A DNA stretch of 64,000 nucleotides. Source: an uncultured bacterium. GTDB lineage: Bacteria > CAYUVA01. Positions within the stretch are counted from its first letter, which is position 1, and each line of letters starts with the position of its first letter. The stretch lies in the NCBI GenBank assembly GCA_964448115.1, contig CAYUVA010000020.1, positions 1 to 64,000 on the forward strand, read 5' to 3'. Shown in pieces: positions 11,104 to 21,116 of the stretch. Under the pieces are notes generated by a model. It did not search any database and was not told the DNA's origin. It saw only the letters and a program-made list of their open reading frames with translations. The position numbers and the translations under genes are program-made.

Positions 11104-11799
11104 ATGGTTAAGCTTTTCGGAGACGATAAATCAGATCCGACAAAGGACAAGGATAAGGACAAGGATAAAGATAGGAAAAAGGAACAAAGACCGATCCCGA
11201 AACCAGAGGTTGGCAGCCGCTATTCACCAGAACCTAAACCCTATAAGCCCACCAGTGAACCTTATCCAAAGCCTGAAAAACATGGCTTTATCAAGGAAGA
11301 TGATAAGGCTATAAAGGACATGCAGCAAACATCAAAGATGAGATCAGGAACCGTCATCGGCAAGGGAGTGATCATCAAAGGAGAGATTGCTGGCAGCGAG
11401 GATATTGAGGTCCTAGGAAGGATTGAGGGGAGCATCTCCTTTAAAAATAACCTCACCGTCGGCGAGGGCGGAACCGTCAAAGCGGATATCTCAGCTAACG
11501 AGGTGATCATATCTGGAAATGTGGTCGGCAATGTAACTGCATCAACCCGATTCGAGCTTACCGCTACCGGGCGCATGGAAGGGGATATACGCTCTCCTAA
11601 GGTCGCCATCGCAAACGGCGCATTATTTCATGGTAAGATCGATATGAGAAAGCCTGGTGAACCGCTCCCGCCCGACCTGCAGGCAAAGGAAGACTCGAAA
11701 GGTGTTAGCGCACAAGAGCCTTCGCAATCCAGCAAACCTCAAGCCGATAAGCCAGGAGATCTTAAGAAACCAACCGAGACAGAAAAACCGAAAAATTGA
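11104..11799 (+). CDS. Bactofilin (polymer-forming cytoskeletal protein)
   Basis: TVIGKGVIIKGEI...GALFHGKIDM beta-helix domain with P/K/D-rich tails; AGGGGG RBS before ATG 11104. Confidence 0.9.
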   Translation: MVKLFGDDKSDPTKDKDKDKDKDRKKEQRPIPKPEVGSRYSPEPKPYKPTSEPYPKPEKHGFIKEDDKAIKDMQQTSKMRSGTVIGKGVIIKGEIAGSEDIEVLGRIEGSISFKNNLTVGEGGTVKADISANEVIISGNVVGNVTASTRFELTATGRMEGDIRSPKVAIANGALFHGKIDMRKPGEPLPPDLQAKEDSKGVSAQEPSQSSKPQADKPGDLKKPTETEKPKN

Positions 11800-11879
11800 C
11801 CAAAGACCAAAGGTCGTTATTCAAGGCACTCTGGGGGAAAAAATAGATCATCCCTCATGGTTAATGCCTTGCAGATCAG

Positions 11880-12761
11880 ATGAACCGAATTTATCAACAC
11901 CGGGGTTGGCACTATATTTTCAGGGGTAACAATCAGACTGTAGGCTTGCACAGGATCGCTTCCCCCGGCGAGAATATACTAGAGTTTATTGGATTGGATT
12001 ACCTCGTTTTAGAGCCTGAGCAAACTTACTGTGAGGAGCCAAAGGGACAGGAGGTCGCTATCGTAGTGCTCTCCGGGGACGGTAGCTTCGAGAGCAAAGA
12101 TATAGTGGCTGACTTCAAGGGAAGAATAAGCGTCTTCGATGGCAAGGCGGACACCCTTTATACATGCTCTCCATTCAAGGTAAAAGCAAAAACTACCCTT
12201 CGTTTAGCCATTGCTAGGGCTTTAATACCCCCTGGCAGCCATGCGCCCGCGGACTTCATCTCAAAAGAGAGAGTCTCCAGGGAATACCGCGGCATTGATG
12301 GCTTCAATCGCAGGCATGTGGACGATATTATAAAGCCCACCTATCCAAATATAAGAATGATTCTCGGAGAGACCTTCAATCACCCGGCAAACTGGTCATC
12401 ATATCCACCCCATAAACATGATGAAGATATCGTATCTGATGGAAAGGTAATTGAACAGAAACTGGAAGAGATCTACTTCTATCAGTTCGACCCACCAGGC
12501 GGTTTCGGCTTACAGGCTGTTTATTCCAGACATGATCAGGATGCTTTTGAGAAAAGGGATTGCTACCTCGTTGCGCAAAATGATGCTGTGATTTTGCCCT
12601 ATGGATATCACCCTGTATCTGTTCCTCCTGGAATAAAAGGATATTACCTGTGGATACTAGCCTCAGACAAGATAGGCAGCGAACGCCCCCCTAAGCTCAC
12701 CCCCAACGATGATCCAGCATATAATGGCTTGTGCCTGAGAAGGAAAGACGAGGATCGGTAG
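11880..12761 (+). CDS. iolB: 5-deoxy-glucuronate isomerase (IolB/KduI family)
   Basis: NWSSYPPHKHD, LEEIYFY and GYHPV motifs. Confidence 0.88.
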   Translation: MNRIYQHRGWHYIFRGNNQTVGLHRIASPGENILEFIGLDYLVLEPEQTYCEEPKGQEVAIVVLSGDGSFESKDIVADFKGRISVFDGKADTLYTCSPFKVKAKTTLRLAIARALIPPGSHAPADFISKERVSREYRGIDGFNRRHVDDIIKPTYPNIRMILGETFNHPANWSSYPPHKHDEDIVSDGKVIEQKLEEIYFYQFDPPGGFGLQAVYSRHDQDAFEKRDCYLVAQNDAVILPYGYHPVSVPPGIKGYYLWILASDKIGSERPPKLTPNDDPAYNGLCLRRKDEDR

Positions 12762-12797
12762 AGAACCTCGGATATAATACAAACAGCAGGCAATAAG

Positions 12798-14711
12798 ATG
12801 AAACCATCCATTGGCATGCAGATCGCATGGTGCCTTTTTCTGCTGGCTCATCTTTGTCTTTATCTTTGTGCAATGGCGCCGGGGATAGTTGCCGAAGGGG
12901 ATTCCGGCGAGTTAGTTACCGCCATCCATACATTAGGCATACCTCATCCACCTGGGTACAGCACTTATATCCAGCTCGGTTTAGCTGGAACGCTTTTGGT
13001 TGCTAATCCTAATCCACTCTCAGCCATCCTCGGAGTCGCTACTATCTCGATCCTTTATTTCATTACCAGAAGCCTAATCAAAAGCCGTTATATCGCCCTT
13101 TTCACCGCATCTTTATTCGGAATAAGCCCCCGCTTTATTACTCAGTGTTGCTTATGCGAGGTTTACACCGCTTTATTGCTTGTATTCGCAGCCATGTTAT
13201 GGATAGTGCTACTACAGGTTCAAAGATTTACAACAAAAAGGCTGTATTTGTTTGCATTGTTCTGGGGCTTGGGTATTGGGATCCACCCTACCATCCCGGT
13301 GGTCGGTATTTTGCTATTTGGATTTATGCACCTAGCAGCCGACGAGAGAACTACCAGGCTTAAGATTCTGACCATATCTATTTTATTCTTGATGCTAGGG
13401 ATTTCAGTCGATCTTTACCTGCCAATCAGGTCGCAGCAGTTGCCTTTGCTCAACCTCTATCAACCTGCCGATTTTTCGGGCTTCTTTAAGCTGATAACCT
13501 TGCAAGGCTCTGCCGGTGTCAATCCTGGTATCTCCTCTCACCTTCCTGCCCAGGTGGCATCTGTAGGGGCGGACCTGGTTGACCAATTCACTATACCCTT
13601 TTTCCTGATCGGTATTATCGGTATCTGGCACCTGGTTGGTTATCAGCCAAGAGTGAAGGTTGTTTTGCTACTTGGTCTATGGCTGATTTTAAGCCTTGGT
13701 TTCATCATTTTGACAAACTTTTCTCCTGGATCTAACCAGGAATATCAATATCGAGTCTTCTTCCTGCCATCATATTTTGTTTTTTCGATTTTTATTGCCA
13801 TTGGACTTAAGGGGTTGTGGGGAATGATGCATAAACTAGCCAAAGAGAAGAAGGAAGGCGGAAGCAAATTGCATCATGGAGCCTCGGTTGCCATCCTATC
13901 GATTCTTTTCATGTTGCTTGTATTCCTGGCAGTCCAGCGTTATCCCAGTCTTGACAAGAGCAATAACTACATAAGCTACGATTACGGTAAGAACATTCTG
14001 CACAATCTCCCCAACAACTCGATCATATTTACAAGCGGCGACAATAGTTCCTTTCCCTTGATTTATCACCAGTTTGTTGAAAGGCGAGGTCAAAGCAGGG
14101 CTACCATTTTTCGAGGTTTCTTAGCTAAGCCCTGGTATTGCAAAGAGCTGGCTCGCCTGTATCCTTTCTTGGATATCGACCATAAGGGGGATGATATGGT
14201 CTCCTTAGTACAAAAGAACATTGCCCGCTTGAGATGTTATACAGACTCAACGCACCAGCCAGTCAGATTGGCTGAGAAATTCAGGCTGGTGCCTAACGGG
14301 TTTCTATACATGATATTCCCTAAATATGAGAAGGACATGGTACCGAAGATTCATCAGCTTCCTTATCTGCGCGGGATCTTGGATGGCAGCATCCCCTTGG
14401 ATAATCGCGAACAGACAATGGTGGCAACTTATGCTGAAGGAAGGCTTTATTACGGCGGTTATCTGCTTAATCGAGGTCGATTGAAAGAGGCAATCGAAGC
14501 TTTCCTAGATGGTCTTCGTTTTCCAGTCTATACAATTGAGCTGAATTATCACATCAATCGGCAGCTTCGATGCAGCCTTGCCTGGGCGCTGTATTTAGGG
14601 GGGAATGAGCTAGAAGCCCGAAAGCTGCTCGTATCGGTTCTTTCCGAGGCGCCGAGGCATACACTGGCGCGGGAATTGCTAAATAAAATCGAGGTGAATA
14701 ATCAGCTATAA
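12798..14711 (+). CDS. DUF2723 / TMEM260-like GT-C membrane glycosyltransferase with C-terminal TPR-like region
   Basis: GDSGEL...LGIPHPPGY, EVY, YLPIRS and GDN-x-x-FPL motifs; many TM helices. Confidence 0.85.
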   Translation: MKPSIGMQIAWCLFLLAHLCLYLCAMAPGIVAEGDSGELVTAIHTLGIPHPPGYSTYIQLGLAGTLLVANPNPLSAILGVATISILYFITRSLIKSRYIALFTASLFGISPRFITQCCLCEVYTALLLVFAAMLWIVLLQVQRFTTKRLYLFALFWGLGIGIHPTIPVVGILLFGFMHLAADERTTRLKILTISILFLMLGISVDLYLPIRSQQLPLLNLYQPADFSGFFKLITLQGSAGVNPGISSHLPAQVASVGADLVDQFTIPFFLIGIIGIWHLVGYQPRVKVVLLLGLWLILSLGFIILTNFSPGSNQEYQYRVFFLPSYFVFSIFIAIGLKGLWGMMHKLAKEKKEGGSKLHHGASVAILSILFMLLVFLAVQRYPSLDKSNNYISYDYGKNILHNLPNNSIIFTSGDNSSFPLIYHQFVERRGQSRATIFRGFLAKPWYCKELARLYPFLDIDHKGDDMVSLVQKNIARLRCYTDSTHQPVRLAEKFRLVPNGFLYMIFPKYEKDMVPKIHQLPYLRGILDGSIPLDNREQTMVATYAEGRLYYGGYLLNRGRLKEAIEAFLDGLRFPVYTIELNYHINRQLRCSLAWALYLGGNELEARKLLVSVLSEAPRHTLARELLNKIEVNNQL

Positions 14712-16478
14712 TCTGAATTTCCGATAAAGCCTTTTTTTCGTGTCCATGTTCTCAATAACCATACATGCAGGACATGTTTTACAAATGCCTGGAATAATTT
14801 TGCGGGTAAATTGTTGTCTTATGCTAGTCAATTCCTCGCCGAGCCAGGTCTCCATCAAGGTTTTATCTTTTATATTTGAAAGATAATCGGTTGATGTGAT
14901 GATATGGCAAGGAGCAGCGGTTCCATCCGCATTAATAATAAAACATAAGAAGGCAAAAAAACAAAATAGATCTTCTTTTTTGAAAAAAGTCTCAATAAAA
15001 TTCTTCTCATTAAATATATCTTTGCTGAGTAAAATCGGATTGCTAATAATATAGTTTAAATTATGTGATATTTTATATTTGTCTAACATCTTTCTTACCT
15101 TCTTCGCAAGTTTTATCCAATGGTTTAACTCATCTTTATCTAGCAATAAATTAATATTAGAAATATCAGAACACGGGATAAATTTTATGTCAACAAATCC
15201 ATATTGCTTGGCAAAATCGACCAATTCAATCATATCCATCCAGTTAAAGCTCGTTAAAACATAATCCATAAATAACTGCGGATATTTGCTGTTGTTTGCT
15301 TTTTTCAGGTTGTTAAGCGTTTTCATGTTTGTGATGATCTTCTCCAAGCATCCCTCTTGCCCACGCAGTTTATCATGCTTTTGGGGCAATGGATCATCAA
15401 TGCTGAAGTAGAGCATATCCCATGCGCTTTTCACCAGCAACTCGCTAATATTCTTGGTTAAAAGGGTTCCGTTGGTAGTTAGGCTCCCTTTAAGCCCCAG
15501 TTTTTTTACTTCTTTGATGATCGGTAATGTAACATTCGGAACACAGAGGGGTTCACCGCCGCCGGATATATGAATATAGCGGGTGCCAATATTTGCTGCA
15601 TCTCTCACTATCTCAAGCCATTTATCAAGGGGTAGTTCAAAATCTGGTTTCTCAACTGTATGATTGCAAAAAACACACTTCAGATTGCAAATCATCGTAG
15701 GTTTGAGAGTTATCTCGTGGGGAGGAAACGGAAAGCCCCGGCTAAGTTGATTAATAGCCACTTTTTGAAATGAGATCTCATACAAATCATAAAAGGATGG
15801 AGGAATGTTAAGTATTTTTTTTATAATTCCCCATATCGATTCTTTTATTTTTTCTAATAAATTCCTAATAAATATTTCCATTTTATCTTTTTTGTTCTTT
15901 AAGAACACATTTATTTTATTATAAAGGAGTTTTGTTTTATAATAAATGTAATTTCTAATATTGTAATATCTGTTTTTAATTGTGATCATGATGTTTTGAT
16001 ATGTAATTTCAATACATATCAAAATATTTTTCAACGGATTAAAAACAATCTTTATAAAAATATTGACAGAATGATCAATGAGGGCATTTAATTTACATAT
16101 TACCTTGTTAATAAAATATTGAATTAGACCTTGAAAAAAATCAGAATATGAACCATCTTTCATCAATTGATATCTTCTATTTCCTTTAAGAACAAGGCTT
16201 AATAATATCCATAATGGTCCATAATACATTATAAATATCCTGTTAAATGTAATTTTTCTCAACGATAGAACAGTACTTAGCATTTGTATAAGGTTATTCC
16301 TAGAATTGCTAAATAAATAGTATATATGGTTTGAATAATTATCAATATTCAATTTATTTTGTAACTTGGATTTTAAAAGAACATGCAGTTCCCCCGCTGC
16401 TGATAGTTTCTCAAATGCATCCTTGAAAAGTGGTTGATCCGAAATATCGCTGCATAGAAACAGGTCTTTCTTCAACAC
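14706..16478 (-). CDS. Radical SAM protein with SPASM/Twitch domain and long AT-rich N-terminal extension
   Basis: CNLKCVFC, SGGGEP, TTNG; C-terminal C...APC...CKTC. Confidence 0.88.
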   Translation of the reverse strand: MLKKDLFLCSDISDQPLFKDAFEKLSAAGELHVLLKSKLQNKLNIDNYSNHIYYLFSNSRNNLIQMLSTVLSLRKITFNRIFIMYYGPLWILLSLVLKGNRRYQLMKDGSYSDFFQGLIQYFINKVICKLNALIDHSVNIFIKIVFNPLKNILICIEITYQNIMITIKNRYYNIRNYIYYKTKLLYNKINVFLKNKKDKMEIFIRNLLEKIKESIWGIIKKILNIPPSFYDLYEISFQKVAINQLSRGFPFPPHEITLKPTMICNLKCVFCNHTVEKPDFELPLDKWLEIVRDAANIGTRYIHISGGGEPLCVPNVTLPIIKEVKKLGLKGSLTTNGTLLTKNISELLVKSAWDMLYFSIDDPLPQKHDKLRGQEGCLEKIITNMKTLNNLKKANNSKYPQLFMDYVLTSFNWMDMIELVDFAKQYGFVDIKFIPCSDISNINLLLDKDELNHWIKLAKKVRKMLDKYKISHNLNYIISNPILLSKDIFNEKNFIETFFKKEDLFCFFAFLCFIINADGTAAPCHIITSTDYLSNIKDKTLMETWLGEELTSIRQQFTRKIIPGICKTCPACMVIENMDTKKRLYRKFRL

Positions 16479-16705
16479 TTATCAACTCCGTATTTCATGA
16501 TCATCAACCCTTTTAAGACTAGTCAATTATCAGTCTTTTGTAAAGCAGTGGCAGCATCTTGGAAGGCAGTTCTTACAAGGAATGATTCCGCAGCCTTCTA
16601 TGGGATGTCAAAGCTCATTGGTGCTGGTAAACTTGCAACAAAAGGACCTATCATCTACATAGCTTCTTCTTTACAATTATTTGTTGGCATAACTTATAAA
16701 ATGAG

Positions 16706-18463
16706 TTATAAAACAAGCTTTGAACCAAGATTCTGCGGATGCATCAGGAAGCTCATCTCTCGGCGCACATAGATATCGAAACCGCTAATATTGTTCCTGC
16801 GCACATAGTGCTTGATGATCACATCCCAAAGCGATGGATAAAGCCGCATCGGATATGCTCCGTAGCCGAAGTAATCAGCAGTGGATGAATCGACTATCAC
16901 CTTCGGCTTATTAGTGTTCAGATCCTCTATGAGAAGCGGCATGGCTGTGGGGATTATCGTATTAGGGTCATCGCGTGCGCCGCAGGTGTGGGGGGTCATA
17001 AAATCTGTGAAGGTAAAACGAGTCCCCGGTTTTCGCTGAGCATAGTAATAAACCTGACTGAAAAATCCCCAGATAAATATAGTATCATCAGGAGTGGTTA
17101 TTTTTCGTATATACTCTCCTATTATTTGCTCTTTGGACTTGGGGAGATTAGCACCAAATAGGAAATTTTTATAATCATAGTATATTCTGGGAGCTTTAAT
17201 GCTTTTTAAGAGTGAATGCTTTTCCTCCACAAACTTCATCTTATAAAGCTGTGGAGCATCTACCAGGCTCATCGAAGGCTCTTTCTTGGAGATGGTGCTT
17301 CGACTTGGAAATCGCCAGGTAGCGAGACATACACCAAAAATAACAAAGAATACTACTATAGGCTTGTGCATCCTGCCTAATGTATGAAAGCTATTTTGAG
17401 TAAATAGATACTGTGATGCAAAGGCGCCACACAGTATAGCCAGCACGGGCAACAATTGATAAAAATAATGCCCGAAGAATCGCTTCCCTACCGCTACACC
17501 TGCCAGGCAGGTTATAAACCATAGAAAAAGATAGATATACCTCGCCTTGATATCGTAGTTTTTGCTCTTTGCCAGAAGGCATGGAGAGCGTAATACCAGC
17601 CAGCCTATACCCATCAGCCAGAAGATGATGTTGGGCAGGATCAGCTCCCAGGCGCGCTGGGCGAAATAAGATAGCGCTGTTGACCAGGCGACGCCGCCTA
17701 CATACTTGAAATTGACGCTATAATTCAAGAATACCATCATCCTAAAAGCGCCATGGACTATAAAATAAATTGATATTACCATGAAAGATGCAGCAGCGCC
17801 GAGTATAGCTAGCATCCCTTTGCGTAGCGCATCCTTTAATGCCAGCGACCTCAAGTTATAAAGCCACCCAAAGATGAAGAATATAGCTACGCCTCCTAGA
17901 TTGAATAGCGCCACCTGCTTGAAGTGCATGGAAAATCCTATAAAAGCCCCAGATAAAATGATCATCCAGTCTTTATCCCTTATCCACCCGATCCAACCTG
18001 TCCACAGCGCCAGCACCAGGAAAGCCGTCATCCACATCTCAGTGTTGGAGGCGTGAAACTCGTTGATATAAAAGGTGTTTGCAATGATGGAAAAGATAAA
18101 AGCTGACAAATAACCAGCCTTGCGATCGAAAATCCCCCACCCTGCCCGATAACAAAGATAAGACACAAAAACCAGCCACAACAGGGTGATAAGATGCACG
18201 GCGAGCATATCAATGCCGAAGATCTTATAGATAAGTGCATAAACATAAAAGATCCCTGCCGGGTGTCGTTCCCAGGCATCTTTATATACTACCTCTCCAT
18301 CTAGGATCTGAACCGCTATGGCAGAATAGACCGATTCATCGATGCTCAAGAATACCTCCTCGATGTATGGTAGTCGATAAAATATGAAGATAAGCAGAAT
18401 ACCAATCCAAAACAAGTAACTCGAAAATTTATGCATTTTTGTAAGCATTAGGACGCTCACCAA
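16706..18463 (-). CDS. ArnT/PMT-like (GT39/GT83) GT-C glycosyltransferase
   Basis: IDESVY, Y-x-D-x-W-x-x-HP-x-G, NTE, FKQ and RFFGHYF motifs; multiple TM helices; periplasmic C-terminal domain. Confidence 0.85.
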   Translation of the reverse strand: MVSVLMLTKMHKFSSYLFWIGILLIFIFYRLPYIEEVFLSIDESVYSAIAVQILDGEVVYKDAWERHPAGIFYVYALIYKIFGIDMLAVHLITLLWLVFVSYLCYRAGWGIFDRKAGYLSAFIFSIIANTFYINEFHASNTEMWMTAFLVLALWTGWIGWIRDKDWMIILSGAFIGFSMHFKQVALFNLGGVAIFFIFGWLYNLRSLALKDALRKGMLAILGAAASFMVISIYFIVHGAFRMMVFLNYSVNFKYVGGVAWSTALSYFAQRAWELILPNIIFWLMGIGWLVLRSPCLLAKSKNYDIKARYIYLFLWFITCLAGVAVGKRFFGHYFYQLLPVLAILCGAFASQYLFTQNSFHTLGRMHKPIVVFFVIFGVCLATWRFPSRSTISKKEPSMSLVDAPQLYKMKFVEEKHSLLKSIKAPRIYYDYKNFLFGANLPKSKEQIIGEYIRKITTPDDTIFIWGFFSQVYYYAQRKPGTRFTFTDFMTPHTCGARDDPNTIIPTAMPLLIEDLNTNKPKVIVDSSTADYFGYGAYPMRLYPSLWDVIIKHYVRRNNISGFDIYVRREMSFLMHPQNLGSKLVL

Positions 18464-18509
18464 TTTAGACTAGAGATGCAAATTTGTCTAGCAACCTTAT
18501 ATTTGATTA

Positions 18510-19475
18510 TCACTCTTGCCTTTTTGCCTTGGGGTGAGCGCTGTCGTATATCTCAAGCAACTTCTGGGTGGATAAATGGGTATATATCTGTGTCGAGGAT
18601 AGATTAGAATGTCCAAGCAGTTTAGATATAGCAAGCAAATCCGCTCCATTATCCAGGAGGTGAGTGGCAAAGGTATGCCTAAGAATATGCGGGGTTACAT
18701 GCTTTGGGATGCCGGCAAGCAATGCAACTTTATCTATAATCCTGGCTATACTTCGTGTCGTTAGCCGACCGCCAGATTGATTCAAGATCAATGCTTTACT
18801 ATTGATATTATCGCTTTTTCCTTTCGCAATCAGTAAGCGAAGCAATTCGGAGCGTTCATTTAGGTAACTGTCAACGATATTGACAGTATAATCGTTTATG
18901 AATACCCATCGTTCTTTTTTCCTTTTTCCATGTATCAAGATTTTCTTCCCGCTAAGATCTAGATCCTCTATATCGATACCATTTAGTTCGCTGACTCTGA
19001 TCCCTGATGCATAAAAAAGCTCTACAATGGCGAGATTGCGTGCTCCTGCAAAGCCCTTGCCTTTTATGCTGCGCAATAAGTGCAACACCTCGTCAATGGA
19101 GAGATACTTGGGTATGCGGCGGGGTTGCTTGGGAGTTATTAGAGCCTTGGAGGGATTCGAGTTTATTATCCCGCTCTTCATCAAGTAGTTGAAAAGCCCT
19201 CGAATCGAGCTGAGCTTCCTAGCAATGCTCTTTTTGGAAAGTTGCTCTAGGCTCAATTGTGCCAGATACCCGCGCAATATAAGGCGATCGATCTTTTCTA
19301 TCTCGATTATAATCTCGCCATCAACAGCCTTTACAGCAAAACCCTTTTCTACAAGATAATCACAGAATTGCTTAAGATCGCTTAGATAGTTGCGCAGGGT
19401 ATGCTGCGAGGCATTTTTCTCAACCTGGAGATACCGCTTGAAGTCGTTTATGTGTTTCAAGATATCGCTATTCAT
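18510..19475 (-). CDS. xerC: Tyrosine recombinase XerC
   Basis: S-x-HT-x-RNY-x-x-DL N-terminus; catalytic R (GIRVSE), K, HILRH, LGH, TQIYTH; ends AHPKA. Confidence 0.9.
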   Translation of the reverse strand: MNSDILKHINDFKRYLQVEKNASQHTLRNYLSDLKQFCDYLVEKGFAVKAVDGEIIIEIEKIDRLILRGYLAQLSLEQLSKKSIARKLSSIRGLFNYLMKSGIINSNPSKALITPKQPRRIPKYLSIDEVLHLLRSIKGKGFAGARNLAIVELFYASGIRVSELNGIDIEDLDLSGKKILIHGKRKKERWVFINDYTVNIVDSYLNERSELLRLLIAKGKSDNINSKALILNQSGGRLTTRSIARIIDKVALLAGIPKHVTPHILRHTFATHLLDNGADLLAISKLLGHSNLSSTQIYTHLSTQKLLEIYDSAHPKAKRQE

Positions 19476-19626
19476 CGAATATGATCATCAATTATACCTT
19501 GCCTGGGGTCGATGATCAAAAAAGGCTTGAGGACCAAGGGTTGTTTAAATACAATGGCACAAAGGCACGAAGGGGAAGTTATACCATGGTATCGTGGCAT
19601 GAAAAAATATCATAACTTTACTTCTT

Positions 19627-19684
19627 CTTTGCGTCTTTGCGTCTTTGCGTGATTCTCCTTTCTTCTTTGCGTCTTTGCGTGAGG
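19627..19684. repeat. CTTTGCGT octamer repeat element (3 units + GATTCTCC + spacer + 2 units + GAGG)
   Basis: Units at 19627-19650 and 19665-19680; same architecture at 35097-35168. Confidence 0.9.
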
Positions 19685-19796
19685 TTCTCAGTATGCTTCT
19701 GTTTGCAAATAAAAGTATCTTGTGGTAGATATTCAGCGTCAAATATTGAAAAAGCTGATATCGCAATGATAGAGAATAACAACAGGGCAAAAAATA

Positions 19797-21086
19797 ATGA
19801 CTGAAATATCAAAAAACAAAGACCCTATATTAAAAAAAATCCCCATTGATCCCCCAAAAAACAAGCTGCTTTTTATTGCTGATGCCAATTTTTTGGCTCA
19901 TGTATCAAGAACTCTTGAAATCGCAAAGGTGCTTCACTCCTTTGGTTATGATATCGAGTTTGCTGGTGACGGTAAATTCACCGATTTGCCCAAGAAGTAT
20001 GGCTTCAAGGTGCACTATGTGCTTACTGTTGACAAAGAGACCACTTTGAATCTAGCCAAAAAGGCATTAGCAGTCGATATGAAGTGGTGGAAGAATATAA
20101 TTTTTGATTCTATAGATTCTGACCTGGCTGTTATAGATAAAGTAAAGCCTTCGGCGGTCATTGGCGATATGCACTGGACACTGAAAGCAGCAGCATATAA
20201 GTGCCAACTTCCTTACATCTCTATTGTGAATACCCACTGGACTAAGTACTACAATGCGCCGATTCGCGCCCTACACGATCACATTACGACCAGGATGCTT
20301 GGTAAACGACTGGCTGAGGCTGTTTTGCCGCTGCTCAAGGCTTTCTCCATGAGCTACTTCGCAACCCCGTACAGAAAATGGAGAAAATTGAATAAATTCG
20401 ATGATCTAAGGGTCAATTCGCTGTTCGATGTTATGGAAGGGGATTTGACAATTCTGGCTGATATACCGGAGGTTTTCCCGGTCAATGGTATGTCCGATAC
20501 GGTACAACATGTGGGACCGATACTCTGGGAATCGACTGGGGAGATACCTGGGTGGCTCGATGGGTTAAACCCCGGGTTGCCAACCATCTACATCACCATG
20601 GGAAGCACAGGCATAATCAATATATTGAAGGTCTCAGTCGAGACATTTGCCGATAAGCCTTACAATGTAATAGCTACCATCGGCGAGCTTGAGTTTGATA
20701 AACCGTTTCCAGCAAACTTCTATGTAACCAAGTACGCTCCTGGATTGCCAATCCTTGAGCGCAGCGATATCACTATCAATCACGCCGGCAATGGTTCCAT
20801 CCTCCAAGCGCTGACCGCTGGTGTGCCTATTATTGCCGTTCCCACCCATGTTGACCAGGAGATCAATGCTCAGCGCATCGATGACCTTGGACTGGGCATA
20901 GTCATCCCCGAAAAAGAGCTTACCCCACAAAGGCTAGAAGCTGGGGTGAGGAAGGTGCTGAATGATGATTCTTATGGCAAGAATGTAGCAGATATTGCAC
21001 AAGCGATCTCCAATTATGAAGGTCCGGTAGCAGCCGCTCGCCTTATACACGAATTCGTGCAGACAGGGAAAGTTAAGAGTCGATAA
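19797..21086 (+). CDS. GT1 (UDP-glycosyltransferase, MGT-like)
   Basis: N-terminal AHVSR His; C-terminal signature HAGNGS...GVP...DQEINA. Confidence 0.88.
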   Translation: MTEISKNKDPILKKIPIDPPKNKLLFIADANFLAHVSRTLEIAKVLHSFGYDIEFAGDGKFTDLPKKYGFKVHYVLTVDKETTLNLAKKALAVDMKWWKNIIFDSIDSDLAVIDKVKPSAVIGDMHWTLKAAAYKCQLPYISIVNTHWTKYYNAPIRALHDHITTRMLGKRLAEAVLPLLKAFSMSYFATPYRKWRKLNKFDDLRVNSLFDVMEGDLTILADIPEVFPVNGMSDTVQHVGPILWESTGEIPGWLDGLNPGLPTIYITMGSTGIINILKVSVETFADKPYNVIATIGELEFDKPFPANFYVTKYAPGLPILERSDITINHAGNGSILQALTAGVPIIAVPTHVDQEINAQRIDDLGLGIVIPEKELTPQRLEAGVRKVLNDDSYGKNVADIAQAISNYEGPVAAARLIHEFVQTGKVKSR

Positions 21087-21116
21087 ATTCGGATGATATG
21101 CGCTAAGGAGCGATAA

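Noticed and set aside
16479-16705. RiPP precursor peptide for the adjacent SPASM enzyme
   Set aside because: Only very short minus-strand ORFs without a convincing RBS; the plus-strand 91-aa ORF overlaps a real gene and has no recognisable features.
18510-19475. Tyrosine recombinase as a phage or island integrase
   Set aside because: Length and motifs fit housekeeping XerC; no att repeats or mobile cargo identified.
19627-19684. Repeats as a CRISPR array
   Set aside because: Units are 8 bp and tandem, with no unique 30-40-bp spacers and no cas genes.
19545-19812. Small minus-strand ORFs containing RKDAK/TQRR peptides
   Set aside because: The peptides are translations of the octamer repeat, with no independent coding evidence.
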